DNA of 64,000 bases from Camelus ferus (lineage: Eukaryota), in assembly GCF_009834535.1 (NCBI RefSeq), contig NC_045697.1, positions 10,478,001-10,542,000 on the forward strand, in the 5' to 3' direction. How positions within the stretch are numbered: position 1 is the stretch's first letter; each line of letters starts with the position of its first letter. Positions 49,950 to 62,579 of the stretch are shown piece by piece. The notes below the pieces were generated by a model. The model worked only from the letters and a program-made list of their open reading frames with translations. It had not been told where the DNA came from and searched no databases. The position numbers and the translations under genes were made by a program.

Positions 49950-51830
49950 AGTGAGAAGTTGTTTCAACCCTGCCCTGAAGGCCTGGTGAACAGAGAGGTG
50001 TGATGTCCTTTCAGCTGTCTTCAGGCTCAAACATGGTCAGTACAAGTTCGATCAGTTGGTACATCCCTCCAGATTTCCTGAACAGGAAAGCTCTTATAAT
50101 CCAAAACTCACCTAGGGAGCAATGGGCCACCAATGAGTCATCTGATTTATCTTTAAATGTCATACTGTGATTTGTATTGAGTAATAATATATTGATTGGC
50201 TCCAGACTTACAAGTGTTGGTGGACGAACCTATTGATGCATGAGCCAGGCTTAAGAAACACCGCTCTGAAGCAGTTACCATTGAATGCCAGTGATAACAG
50301 ACAAAAATAAGGAGAAGAAACCTTGAATCCATAATCCAGGTGAGGCATCTTGACTTCTCCAACTTCAAATAATCAGGATGGGTTGAGAGAAAATCTCCTG
50401 CTAGTGAAACTCGCTCTTTATAGTTGTTTTAAGAGCACAATATAATTTTGAAATGATTTTCTTTCTCTAAAAAGTAACAGGATGGAGAAATCAATATATA
50501 GCCCTACGAAGATGTCTTTGTCCTGTGGGAGACAAGCCGTCCCCTCCGTATCCCTCCCACTAGTGTGAGCTCTACAAAGGGAGGGGCTGGTCTTCTCCGT
50601 CTCTGCCTAGTGCCTGGGTGTAATAGATGCTCAATGACTGTTTGAATTAAGTGGTATTTGTAACCCATACATTGGCTGTCTCTGACCGTGGGTTTTGTTT
50701 CTGCCGTGCAGCAACTTTGAAGCACAACTCATCACTTCTTTACATTCATAAAGAACTCATTGCGTTAGCATCCAATGTCAATTTCACCGAACGATTCTTG
50801 GGAAAAATAGAGAGAAAAATTTACTTACAGAGCATGCAGCATTTCCTCCTCCAAATCCTCATCAAACATGTACTTCCAACATCTCTCTCTCTTTAGTTTT
50901 AGACACTGGATTCTGTCTCTTCAAAAGTAGAGCTTCTCCCTTAGGGAGTCCATATTTCCCAAGGTGTAAGATATGAATCCATGAAAGACACTTTTTGGTT
51001 AAACATGTAATGATTTTAGATCATTCCTAGAAAGAACATAATATTGAATCTTGCAGTAAGAAAACTATTCCCTTTAAATTTCTTTCTCAATCCAGTTACC
51101 TCAAAGACAATGATTTCAGTTTGCTGTTATTATATCACTTTTTTTTTTCAATGCCCATCTTTTTTCTTTTCTTTTTCTTTCCTTCTAACAGAGAGACAAC
51201 AGGTCTCAGGCTCAGAGCCTAGATGAGGCAGTGGCTTCTAGCTAGACTTTAATAACCTGAATTTCTTCATATTATATTTATTTCCATAATTACTTTCTCT
51301 CTATATAAAATTGTACTAGCTTTTATTTTAATGTGGTGAAATAAACCTTTCTTTTAAAACAAATTTAATTTCAAAATTGAATCAATTTAAAGATAATAGT
51401 AATTGATAACTTTAGAAAAGTAGAAAATATTTGGAGTTTGGAAAAATGACATAAGACCAAATTGGGATTTCTCGTTATAGTTAAAAACAGAAATTCTGGT
51501 ATTGTGTAATGGTTAATTTTTGTGTCATGGTACCCAGATAGTTGGTCAAACATTATTCTGTATATTGCTATGAAGGTATTTTAAACATGGTTAACATTTA
51601 AATCAGTAGACTTTGAGTAAAGCAGATTACTCTCCATAATGTGGGTGGGCCTCACCCAATCAGTTGAAGGCTTTTATAGACAAAGACTGACCTCACTCAA
51701 GAAAGAAGAAATTCTGTCAACAGACTGCCTTTGGACTCAAACTGCAATTCTTCCTTGGTATCTAGGCTGCTGCCCTGCCCTGGAGGTTTTGGACCTGCCA
51801 AGCCTCCACAATCCTGTGAGCCAGCTCCTT

Positions 51831-51866
<36 letters not shown>

Positions 51867-52860
51867 TCTCTACTATTAGTCCTGGGTCTCTGTATTACCC
51901 TGATTAATATACAGTATTCTCTGTATTTTAAATATGAGGCTCAAAAGGTAAGTGAAAGCCCCCAAACCATTGTATTTAGTAAGTGGCAGAGCAGGAACTC
52001 AACAACCGTGGTCCCTAGTCTATTCATGATGCCACGTGGCCTTTGCAATTACAGAAACTGTTATAGAAGAAAAAGACAAGCACGTTTTCAAACTTCAGTG
52101 ATGGCCCAAGAAAAGAGATCCATAAGGTCGGCTGGTCAGGAGAAAGCAGATAAAAAGTAGGTGAAACCGAGGTGGCCAAAGAAAGACTCCACTTGGGTGT
52201 CAGAAAGCCCCTGACAGCATGCAGTGCACTCACACACACAAACACACACCCCAAACACAGTCACATGCTCACCAAGCCCAGATCTAGGATTAGTTTTATT
52301 TATTCTCAAGTGCTTGTCCCCTGCAAATACCGCTGAAACAACTGGTTGATCAGCCAGTCTGTTTGTTGCTACCCTGAAGAGTCTCCATAGAGTCTCAGAG
52401 TGGGAAGAGCAAAGTTAGGACATTCAGGTATTTATGGGCTTTGGGGTCTGGTTTAAGCTGGGTCTTCCAGTGCAGGGCTTTGATGAAAACTGGGTAAGGC
52501 TTGTGACACAATCATTTAGGATCAGTGGACCCAGCAAAACAAGGGTTCCCAGGCAAAGCTTTAGAAGAGTCTTGGGGTATAAATGTCATTTGATACCACC
52601 TACTGAATATCGAGCAGTCTGACATTCATTTAAATCAGTTTGATCTCAGGAATTTCCTAACCTGAACAATAAAGTCATCTGCAACTTCTTATCTTCCTGG
52701 TCGAACAAATGTTTCCTGGACTAGTAGTGATGTCTTTAAAGACAATGATGGCACAATTTGTTTTTACCTCCCAGCAACTTTGAAGCATGACTCAGCAGCT
52801 TTTGACTTTCATAAAGAACTCATTGCCTTGCTGTACAACATTGATTCTATTGAGAGTTTT
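49950..52860 (-). mobile_element. Highly decayed ancient LINE ORF2 relic (RT plus C-terminal Cys region; possibly RTE-X/L4-like), fragmented by younger repeats
   Basis: Minus-strand translation of 52860-52400 gives IESMLYSKAMSSL*KSKAAESCFKVAG(G)VK(Q/T)NCAI...EVADDFIV...RWYQMTFIPQDSSK...HKYLNV, with ADD at 52674-52682 and KYL at 52425-52433 in the same frame. 50110-49950 gives SFPVQEIWRDVPTDRTC...EDS..ITPLC. Confidence 0.55.
51504..51912 (+). mobile_element. MLT2 (ERVL) solo LTR with (TC)n tract at ~51835-51871
   Basis: gtgtaatggttaatt...gtgggcctcacccaatcagttgaagg...taatataca; probable 5-bp TSD gtatt. Confidence 0.88.
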
Positions 52861-53399
52861 TTTTTTAAGGGACATCAGAGCAAAAGGTTTACCTGGCAAA
52901 GTCAAGTCATGTAGATGAAGACAGTAGAATAAGAAAGGTGTGTCAAGGTAGGCAGCACATGGAAATAGATGGGTTTGGTGTCCGTGGTCAAGGCTCTTGG
53001 TTATAAATGACAGGAAAGGAAAAAAAAAAAAACCCAAACTGGGTTTTCAGAACAAAGAGATTCTGATGACTCATGATACTGCAAAGAATTCAAGTCCAGG
53101 CAGAGCTAGAACCAGGGGCACACACTATTACATCCTATGTTATGGATCTGTGACTGGAGAAAGATATTTCACTATTGTATTTCTATTTCTCAATTCTGCT
53201 GTCTTCTCTGCTGGCCCCACTCTCAAGCCAATCCTCCCTACTCAGGGGGAACATGGGAAAGGATGGAAGGGTGTTATTTTGGAGAAAGGGATCAAGAATG
53301 TCTCTAGGAAGAGGTGAGTTAAATCAGCCATGTGAATCTCTACGGCAGGGCTTCCTGGCAGAGGGGAAAGCAAGGGGCAAAGACCCAAAGTGAGGAATT

Positions 53400-54300
53400 A
53401 GTTTCAGGAGTGTGGAAACAGAAAGCAGGCCAGTGTGGACTGGGACAGGGGAAGCAAAGCCGAGAAATGAGTTAGAGATGTTGGAAGTTAGAAATTACAA
53501 ATGAATGAGACCAGAGCGGGAAGCAGGGGTCAGATTATACAGGGATTTACTAGCCATGGAGAAGAGGCTGGCTTTTATTCTACATGCGACTGGAAGATTC
53601 TGAAAGGTACTGGACAGGTCTGTTTATGTTTTAAATGATGCTCTCCAGCTGCTAGGTGTAGAATGATTGTGGGGAAGGGAAGCAGGAAGCCCAGTTAGGA
53701 GACAAGGTGGTTTGATGGTAGAGCCAGCAGGACCTGTTAATGGAGCAGATGGAAGGCTAAAGGAAATGAAGGCGCCCAAGATGGGTCCTAGGTTCACTAC
53801 CAGAATAAACGGATAACTGTGGGTGCCATTTACAGATGTGGGGGCACCTGGGGAAGGAGTTGATTAGGAGTCAAGAGTCCCGGACACGCTTACTTTGAAA
53901 TGCCTACCACGCACCCATGTGATATGTCGGGTGGGCATTTGGACACGTGAGTCTGAACCTATTGGACAGGTTGGTCTTGGGATACTTTGGAGGCAGGGTT
54001 GTAAATGGCAAAAGCAGGGTTCCCAGGACTGATCCTTGGGACCCTCCCACAAGGAGAGGTTGGGAAGAGGAGATGGAGACAGCAAAGGCAGCTGAGAAGT
54101 AGCGACCTGTAAGGTGAGGCAAGCGGGGCTGGGTGTGGTGCCCCGCAGCCACGCAAAGAGAGTGCCTCCAGAAAGACTGCGTGACCCTTGTGGCAGAAGT
54201 TCCTGGGAGTTTGAGTGAGACGAGCTCTGAGAGTTGACAAATGGAAACGCATACATTACAGTTTAGGTCTGCAAAACACACGTCTTTTCTGTGAACTGCT
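53400..54300 (-). mobile_element. L2 LINE fragment, antisense
   Basis: gaaagcaggccagtgtggactgg, tgggtgccatttacagatgtggg, tgtgatatgtcgggtgggcatttggacac. Confidence 0.72.
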
Positions 54301-55289
54301 GGCACTGCGCTCTGAAGTCCCCATTCCTGCCAAGAGGGCAGAAGAGGGGTTTAGCAAGGCGGTTAAGTGGTGCTTTCTCTTTTGAGATTTAAACTATTCT
54401 CTTCAGGGTTAACTCAGTCTCTTTGGGGCAAGTGGTAAGTTCAAAGATAGAACTGCTCCTCGGGGATTTTTTCTCCCTCTCTCAAGGGGTTTCTTCACCC
54501 CTTTATTCTCAGAGAGGCACCTGGGGGCAGAAAGGGGAGCAAGGAACAGGGGTGGGGTCTTGGTCCTTGGTTTCCACTGGAGTATGTGCCTCCTGCTGGC
54601 TGGTTCCTGGTGGCTGCTCTGTTCCTGAGCTCTCAGCCCTGGGCTCCCCTTCCTGGTCTGTATTCCAGGCCTCTCCAGAGCAAAATGTTCTCAAAGGAAT
54701 ACAAAATACAATGATTTAATCAGGCACAAAAGTTTAATGCCATTATCCGCATTGTGTCTGTCCCCTTACAACAACCCTGGGTGCAGTCTCTTGAATTGCA
54801 TTGCTTTTATTCTCATGTGACTTCCAGCCACATCTGAGCAGTTGCCTCTCACTCCAGACTTTTCCAGGTGCCCATTCTTGTCCGCCACTCAGAGAATCCT
54901 TGAGCAGCGAGGGGGGGGGGGGTCCTCAACACTCTCGTTCTGTTGCTGCCATTGCCAGACAGACATTGTCAAACTGTCCTGAATTCAAATTTCGTTTCAG
55001 CTGTCCTACTATGTATGACTGTTTGTGAGTTACCTAGGATTTCCGAGCCTTAGTTTGTCTTAATTGTAAAATGGGCATAGTAATGCTGGTCTCAAAGGAT
55101 GGTTATGAGTATTGAAAATAAGGGAATTAACCCATGTAAAGGAGCTGGATATGGAGTTGGTATTCCAAAAAACAAACAAGCAAGAAAGGTAAGAGTAATT
55201 ACTTAGACTAGAATTCAGATTTCTCAGCATAGCCTATGATGTTTCTCATGGTCTGGTCCCTGGGCACTTTCTGCTACTAATGCTTTTTT

Positions 55290-55633
55290 TTTTTTTTCCT
55301 AGCCAGCAAACTCTTGAACACCCAATGTGGTGTCCTATAATTCAGTTAGAATCTGACTCTAACCACCCAGAGTTAGCCTCAGACTGCAAATGGAGAGGCT
55401 CAGCCCACAAGACTGCACGCGCTTCAGAGGCCACTCATTAAATGTCAGGTCCCCAGGTGTCCTGCACTTTTGCCCAATTTGGCTACAAAGTCAAGGGTTC
55501 CCATGACCCCCTCCCTGACCATGGTTCCCTAATTTGCTTCTATGGCTCACAGAGCTCAGTGACTGTCACACTGACTATCACACTTTATCATAAAGGCTCC
55601 AAGGGAACAACCACATGAAGAGGTACGCAGGGC
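55290..55633 (-). mobile_element. MER21-type LTR fragment (truncated 3' LTR)
   Basis: Colinear with 57850-58115 plus 58646-58680 (tcaggtccccagg, ggctac.aagtc, ataaagg...tgaag.ggtac.cagggc). Confidence 0.75.
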
Positions 55634-57745
55634 TCTGTGCACTCTCATCCTGTATGGTGGGCTTACACAGGGCTGAGTGTGAGCACACGCTTGTGAAAGT
55701 GTGTAAGCCAGCCCATCATGCCTTGATCTCCCCCTGTTTAGACAGCAGTATTTCAACTGCTCATTTCGATTCTCTGTTAAACCACTACTCTAAGGATGCT
55801 TTGTGGTGCGATACGTCCATTTAATTTGCTATCTCTTGGACCACTGTTGGACACTATGGGCTGCAAAACACTTTACAGTCCCTTGGTCTGAAGAAATTGA
55901 CTCAGTCACCTAAATTGGTACAGTGTCTTCTGTTCCAATTGTTTAATAGTATTTTGAGCACTTGCCTTTCCACAGGGTGTGCAAATCCCAGTCCAGAGTA
56001 AGTGTCTATTCCCTTTAGGGTCCAGTTCTAGCCTCCTGGGGCCACCAGCATTGGCCCAGTGTATCCATTGCCTGCTACGGGTAGGGCCTTCCTCCCCGGG
56101 AATGTCCCTATAGCCATCCGCAGCCTCTATCCCTCTCGTTGGTAGACAAGACAGTTGTTGGAGTTTTTTGCCTTGGAGGGGACAAGAGGAAGATGTCCAG
56201 ATTCCACGCATCTCTGCATTGCTGCTGCCCTCCACGTCCACTCATTTCATGCACCCACGTGGCCACTGCAAGAATGTGCACCCAGAGGTCCACTTGGTGG
56301 CTCCAGTCGCCTTCTGAACCTGGACCGGAGTTCATCTGATGTGCATCAACAGGTCCTACTTTAATGTGCCCCTTAAGTTCCCAGAGTGGTTGCCCCAGGG
56401 GAATGCTTCACACAGGCAGCCCTTTAACAGTCCAGTTTTCCACTGTCCGTTTACCTGACGGTATGGCTCAGCCATTGGCTGCTGCCCAGGAGCTGGTAAA
56501 AACCCGAACACAGGGGCTGTCACCGCTGTTGAATGCATCCATCACTGCTAGGAAAAGAGCACGCAGCTCAGTCCGATGAGGTGATTCATTCTCACCTTCC
56601 TCAAGCAGAGTCTCTCTGCCTGCCGGTCTTAATGTGGCAGCTTTCCAAACCAGACTCTGTCCATTCCCCGAGGAACTGCCATTTGAAAACCAAGCAGCTG
56701 ATTCTTGGTCAGTTGAGTGCTGCTCCTGGGGTACCGCCTGCATGGCAAAAGGTTGTGGCAGCTCCTCGGATAGTTCCAAAGCTGGTCCTCGGGGAGGAGA
56801 GGCTCCCTGCCGGCGGGTACAGAAACCATTTCCGTTTTTTTATGGAACCTCCTCTGGGCACTGCCTTCCTCATCAGAGTGCTTCTCTGATAGAGACATTA
56901 TGGGCATCTCAGGTGCCATGGTTATTTTCACATGCCTCGTCACTGAGGCAGAGTCAAATGTCAACAGCAAGCTAGTCATTGCCTGTTAGTTGGTGTATAT
57001 GGGGTGGTAACACGTGGAAATTTTCTGGTCCAAAACTCAACGTACGCCACCGGCAGGTACGCACAGGCTTTTGCCATCAGCTCCAGTCTGCTTGTCCGGT
57101 GGCAGACATTTCCAAAAACCATACCTGCGTGGGGAATCAAAGCGTTCAAGACCACGGAGAAAACTCATGCTTTGTGTAATTCAGACATGGCCTGCTTTTT
57201 GTTCCGCTCCCAACTCAAACATGGCCTTCTTTCAGGGAGTCACACGGGTAGGAGCTTCAGTATTACCAGGTGTGGAATATGTGTTCTCCCAAATCCGCAT
57301 CAACCAAACAATCACTGGTCTCCCTCCTTGGCCCTAGGGCTGGGTAATAACAGCATTTTATTTCTGGCCACGTGTGGAATGAATGGCCGGGATGGCTCCT
57401 GCCCAGACTGTTCTCAAGAATTTCACTGGCAGGCGGGCCCTTGGAACTCTGTTGGATTTATTAACCCATCTCGGTTGGTTATGTGAGTCACCGCGGGTTA
57501 CAAGTCAGTCCTAGCTTGTTCGTAGCTTTCTGACATTATCACAATGTCATCGGTATAATGTTTTATTACACTTGGGACTTGCACCAAGTCCAAATCCCTT
57601 CTGAAAGAATTATGACAGTAGGCTGGTGCATTCAGGTAACTCTTGGCAGTCAGGTAAAGGAGAGGTACATTCAGGTCCCTTCATGTGAGGCTGAATGGCA
57701 GCTGGCCCTTTTCTAAGTTTGAAACAGAGAAGAAAGTGTTTGTAA
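55634..57745 (-). pseudogene. Degenerate class III (ERVL-like/MER21-int) pol: RT, RNase H, integrase
   Basis: RT: LPKSYLNAPAYCHNSFRRDL and HYTDDIVI (YTDD 57546-57557). RNase H: AAWFSNGS..WKAA..TELRALFLAV..VFTSSWAAANG (ORF 56468-56779). Integrase: WVHEMSG, Q(V)DY.GPM, GIDTYSGLGFAHP, ISSDQGT, SSGLTENRNEQLK. Many stops and frameshifts. Confidence 0.92.
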
Positions 57746-57771
57746 GCTCAGTCACTGAGAGTTCTCTGATC

Positions 57772-59155
57772 TGCTTTTACTCACAGCACTTCTGACACCA
57801 AAGGTGAGGGGTTTTCCTCTCATACCAACCAATTCTCCAACTCTCTGCTCGCTGACTGGGTGTCCCATAGTTCAGTTCTGTTCTGACACCAACGGTTAGT
57901 CTCAGACCCCACAGGTTTAAGTGCTCAGTCCCACAGGACTGTCCCCTTTCAGGTGCCAGTCACAAGAATCAGGTCCCCAGGTCACCCACATTCTGTCCAA
58001 CGGGCTACGAAGTCGAGTGTTCCCACAACCCCTCTCCTCAGGTTAAATTATTTACGAGAGTGACCTACAGAATTCAAGAAAACGCTATACTTCTTGTTAG
58101 AGTTAATTATAAAGGACATAATGGGGTTCAGGAGACACCACCTTAAAATACGGCACCTTGGCCCACTGGATATGTCAGGCTGAAGGAGTTTGAGAAAATA
58201 GCAGAAGCAAGAAGGCCATTCTGACCTCTCCCACCAGGCCTGTCTTCCTTGAAAGCAGGAGGTAAATCTCCCATGTGAAAGGTACCCTCCATGTACCAAG
58301 AGGAAGAGAGACATCACTAGAGACAGGGAATTCAGGGCAGAAAAGACTAATTAAAAAAAAAAAACAAAAAACCTTGTTAATTTTTCACCATTTAATACCT
58401 CTAGCCCAAACCTCCCTGCCTTGACAATTTTCCACAAATGTATTGTTTCTTTGTCTAAAGGTATAGGAGTTTCCTGTTCTGGTCACTTCTTCCAGTCTTC
58501 ATTCTCCTGTGGAGGCTCCCAGGTACACGTAAAAGTGCAATAAAATGTGCTTTTATCCTGTTAACCTATCTTTGTCAGTTTAATTGTTAGACCCAGCCAG
58601 GGACCCTAAGAGGGCCTGGGAAAGCTTACTCCTCCCCTAAAGATACAGTGACCAGCCCGATGAAGGGGTACACAGGGCAAGGTCCACAAGGGTTCCAGAT
58701 GCAGAAGCCTCTGTCCTGTGTAGTTGAGGTGTGCACCTCCCCCCTCCCAGCACATGGATGTGTTTGCCGACTTGGAAGCTCCCCGGATTTTATTGTTTAG
58801 GGATTTTTTTATGGAGGTTTCATCATCTGGACATGACCGATTAAACCATTGGCTCTTGGTGATTGAACTCAATCTCAGGCCCTCTCTCCTCCCTGAGGTT
58901 GGGAGTGGGGCTGAATGTTTCAGCCTTCTGATCCATGTTGGCTTCTCTGACAACCAGCCCCCATCCTGAAGCTGTCTAGGGACCCTCCGAGAGTCACCTT
59001 GTTAGCTTAAAAGCAGGTATGACCAGTTGAAAGGGGCTTGTTATTAAATAACAAAAACCACTCCAATCACCTCCATCACTTAGGAAATTCCAGAGCCTTT
59101 AGGAGCTCTGTGCCAGGAGCCATGGGCAAAGACCAAACAATAATAATAATACACA
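57772..59155 (-). mobile_element. MER21-type LTR (~860 bp net) interrupted by a nested LTR
   Basis: Minus strand starts tgtgt...tttggtctttgcccatggctcctggcacagagctcctaaa and ends ggtgtcagaagtgctgtgagtaaaagca. Confidence 0.85.
58119..58641 (+). mobile_element. Nested ERV1 solo LTR (MER34/MER39-like, 523 bp)
   Basis: taatggggttcagg...aaaatacggcaccttggc...gagaaaatagcagaagcaagaagg; AATAAA at 58539-58544; 4-bp TSD GACA/GATA. Confidence 0.82.
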
Positions 59156-59159
59156 GCCT

Positions 59160-59570
59160 TTTCTCCTACTTCCTTCCATTCTGGCCACCTGTCCTCTCAC
59201 TTGAACACACCAAGAACATCCTCCACCAGGAACTCTGCTCGTGCTCTTCCCTCTCCGCCAGATGCCCCCACGTGGCAAGTTCCCTCACTTCACTCTGATC
59301 TCTGCTCGGAGGTCCAGTTCTCAGGAGAGCGTTCCAGCCACCCAGGCTCTCTACCCTTCACTCTGCTTTGTTAGTCTTTGTAGCGCTTATCACTGCCTGA
59401 CATTATTATATTTACTTTTTTATTTGTTTATTTCCCATCTCCACCCTCCAAAAGAACAGAAACTCGTGAGGGTGGGAACTTTGCTTTCTCCGCTGTGAAC
59501 CCACAGTAACTAGATTGTCTCCTGACACATGGCAGGAGTTCACCCAACGTTCGTTGGGTGGAGGAGTAAA
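59160..59570 (+). mobile_element. L2 3' fragment
   Basis: cttgaacacaccaag..., ctcgtgagggtgggaactttgc, cctgacacatggcaggag. Confidence 0.65.
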
Positions 59571-60089
59571 CGATTTTGCCTGCCTCTGGCAGGTGGATGG
59601 ATTGTGGGTCAAGGGCCCTGCTTGATGAGTACTGGGACTGAGGTGACAAGCAGCCTTTGAATCTTGCATTTCACGGGCGGGGAAGAGGGTGAGGAGGCCT
59701 TTCCCGTTCCTTTCCTTTCCCTTTTGCCAGAGAAGGCAGAGCTGCAAAGATCTCTTCTGGCTTGACCTGCTCTCACCCAGAAGCGGGTCTTCCCCACTCC
59801 AAACTCTCCAACTGCCCAGGGGTCAGCAGGAAATTTCAATCTGAGTGTTCCTTTCCCCTGAGGGGAGTTCCCTTCCTGTGATCTCCTGTGGCTTAAATCA
59901 GGACCTAGAAAAAGGAGACCCTTACTGCCTGTTTCATAAGTACATAAGTATAAAAATAAATTAATGAATAAACACACGAGTGAAAGACACCAAAACCCAA
60001 CATATGAGGATCAATCTGTCCACAGTATCTGCCAGAACAGGTGATTTGAGGTCTGTTCTTCTATCTTCAAATTCTCCATCAACTCAGGT

Positions 60090-60810
60090 TTCTCCTCACC
60101 TCAAGTTTTACTATGAATATCTTCAAATATAAGAAAATTGAAAGACTATGCAATGTATGCAGAAACCCTCCTCCCCGATTGAACAGGAGTTAACATTTTG
60201 TCATATTTACATTCTTTCTTTCTCTTTCCTTACCCTAGTTTTCTCTCTCCCTTCCCTTACACACCCTTTTTCCCTTCCTTCTATTGTTTATTTTTTCAAA
60301 AATATTTGAAAGTAAGCTGGACACTATACTTTATGTTTAAATATTCCAGCAAGCATTTTCCAGGGATATTCTACTAACTATAACTCCATTAGCACACCTA
60401 AGAATATTTACAATAATTCTATCATCTAATTTAGTACATGGACTACAATAAATAGTAAAAAATAATAAATAATAAAAATAAAAATATTAAAACTCCTCCA
60501 TTTGCCTTAAGAAAGTGTTTTCTGTTTTTTTCCTCCTCTTTTTCTGAATCAGGATCTAACCAAGTACCCCACATGGCTTTTGGTTACGTCTCATTTGTCT
60601 ATTTTAATCCAAAGCAGCCCCTCCTGGATTTGTTTTCCATAACATTGCTTTTTTAATACAATAATCTAGGCCAGCTGTCTTCAAGAATGTCCTACATTCT
60701 TCCTTTGTCTGGTGTTTCCTCCTGGTGTCATTTGACTTGTTCCTTTAGTCCCTGCGTTTCCTGCAATCTAGATGAAGTATAGACATTTGATTAGATTCAC
60801 ATTGAACACC
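60090..60810 (-). mobile_element. Old L1MC/ME-type 3' fragment
   Basis: gttaacattttgtcatatttac, tgaatcaggatctaaccaag, ggccagctgtcttcaagaatgtcctacatt. Confidence 0.7.
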
Positions 60811-60824
60811 TTTGCCCAGAATAC

Positions 60825-61145
60825 TTATGTTTCCATTTCCAATTGCTACTATAACAAGTTGTTATAAACTTAGGGATTTAAAACAAGACAAATTTATTAT
60901 CTTACAGTTCTGGAGGTCAGAAGTCCTATCCAGGTTTCACTGGGCTAAAATCGAGGTGTCGGTATGGCTGCATTCCCTTCTGGAAGCTCTAGAGGAGAGT
61001 CTGTTTCCTTGCCTTTTTCATCCTCCATAGCCATTGCATCTCTCCAACCATTCTTCCATAGTCAAGTCTCCCTCTGAAGGTTCTCCTTGTCTAAGGGGTC
61101 GTGTGATTAGATTAGCCCCACTTGGCTATTCAGGGCACGATTCCT
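60825..61145 (-). mobile_element. MLT1 LTR fragment
   Basis: aaaacaagacaaatttattatcttacagttctggaggtcagaagtcc; ttctggaagctctagaggagag. Confidence 0.8.
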
Positions 61146-62579
61146 TTTTAACTGAAAAAAAAAAAACAAACAATATGTTCCTATAATTGAAATACTAAAT
61201 ATTGCAAGAAGAAAGCTTGCAAAGAGGTCTTGTTGTCCCCTCCTTTTTTATGGATGACCTAGGGGGAAGCAGTTCGCTGTCTCCTGAGGAAGGAGATCTG
61301 CCAGTACCATCCCCTTGAAGAAGCTCACTCGTCCTGACTGTCGCCGGCATGTTCATTCTTGCCGGTGACTGTTGACAAACTGGGAAGTGATTCTGCCACA
61401 TAAGTACCCTTGAGAGGAAGGACTTCAGAAGGGGACCAGGAAAACGAGCTTCTACCTGTTCTCTCTCACCTGTGTCCTCAAGGGAAGGGTCTCAAGCTTG
61501 GGCAAGTGTGATTCATTCACTTCCGCCTGAGGAAAGGGGACCAAATATGGCAGCCACCAGCTCTGATCTGATGAGTCAGAATGGCTGGGGAGGGGCTCTG
61601 GCAGCTGCATTTTTTAATCTGCTCCCCTTACACTCAGGTCGCTCTGAGGCACACTGTTGGCCAACTGCTTCCCTCTACAATTCAAGTATATACCTCCTGA
61701 AACAGCTTCACTGAGAGGACAGTTTCCTAATGGGACTCTAGATAGGATAACACATTCCTATGAAGGTTGGCAGAATCCTGACTCCCCAGAGATGTCCATG
61801 TGCCAGTTCCTGGAATCTGTGCTTGTGTTATCCTACATGGCAAACAGAATTTTGCAGATTATGCTAAAGAATGAGAGCAGCTATGTCCTAGTCCTGGCTC
61901 TCTAATTCCCTAAAAGACCTCGGACCAGTTACTTACCTTCTCTGGGACCCAAGTTTCTCATCTGATGACAGGACCTTCAAGCTAGAGAAGTGCTGACTCC
62001 ATGATCCCAAACCTGCGATTCCCATCCAACACGGCCATTCGCCATGTCAGTGATCATTTCCACTACAACGTACAGAAGCAGCTCAGTCAACAAGCTCTGA
62101 TCAAGTCCCACCAAGAGCCAAGCCCCTGTGTGTTAGGTACCCTGTGAGATACAAGAGGTAAGGCATGAGCGTTGACCTTTTGAGACATCTCCAGGGAGCT
62201 AGCAAACCTCAAGAAAACAGTGAATCCCAAATGACCTCACAGAATCATATTAGGTGGCAGAGACTAAAGGGGTTGAGAGAATGGCCCCCGGCACTTAGTG
62301 TCAACAGAGGATTCTTTGAAGGATGCCATTTACCTAAGATGTTAAAGAGAAGTAGAAATTTACTAGGCACCAGCGGTAGAAAGGAAGCTGGGAGCATAAG
62401 GCGGTGTGAAAGCACAATGTCATGAAACGGCACTGGAGCACAGGGAGAGCCCACACCCAGCGCGCCTGTGCCTTCAGGTGTCTGCACAGCGGGTGAGAAA
62501 CAAAAGTGAACTCCTAATCCCACCACTAACGCTGTTTCACAGCACTTCCTGACTTCGGGGGAGCAACTCAACTCTTTCG

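Noticed and set aside
61657-61905. ORF starting MANCF, like human CD38 MANCEF; possible start of a paralogue
   Set aside because: The start codon is TTG, similarity ends after four residues, there is no TM segment and no downstream CD38-like exons
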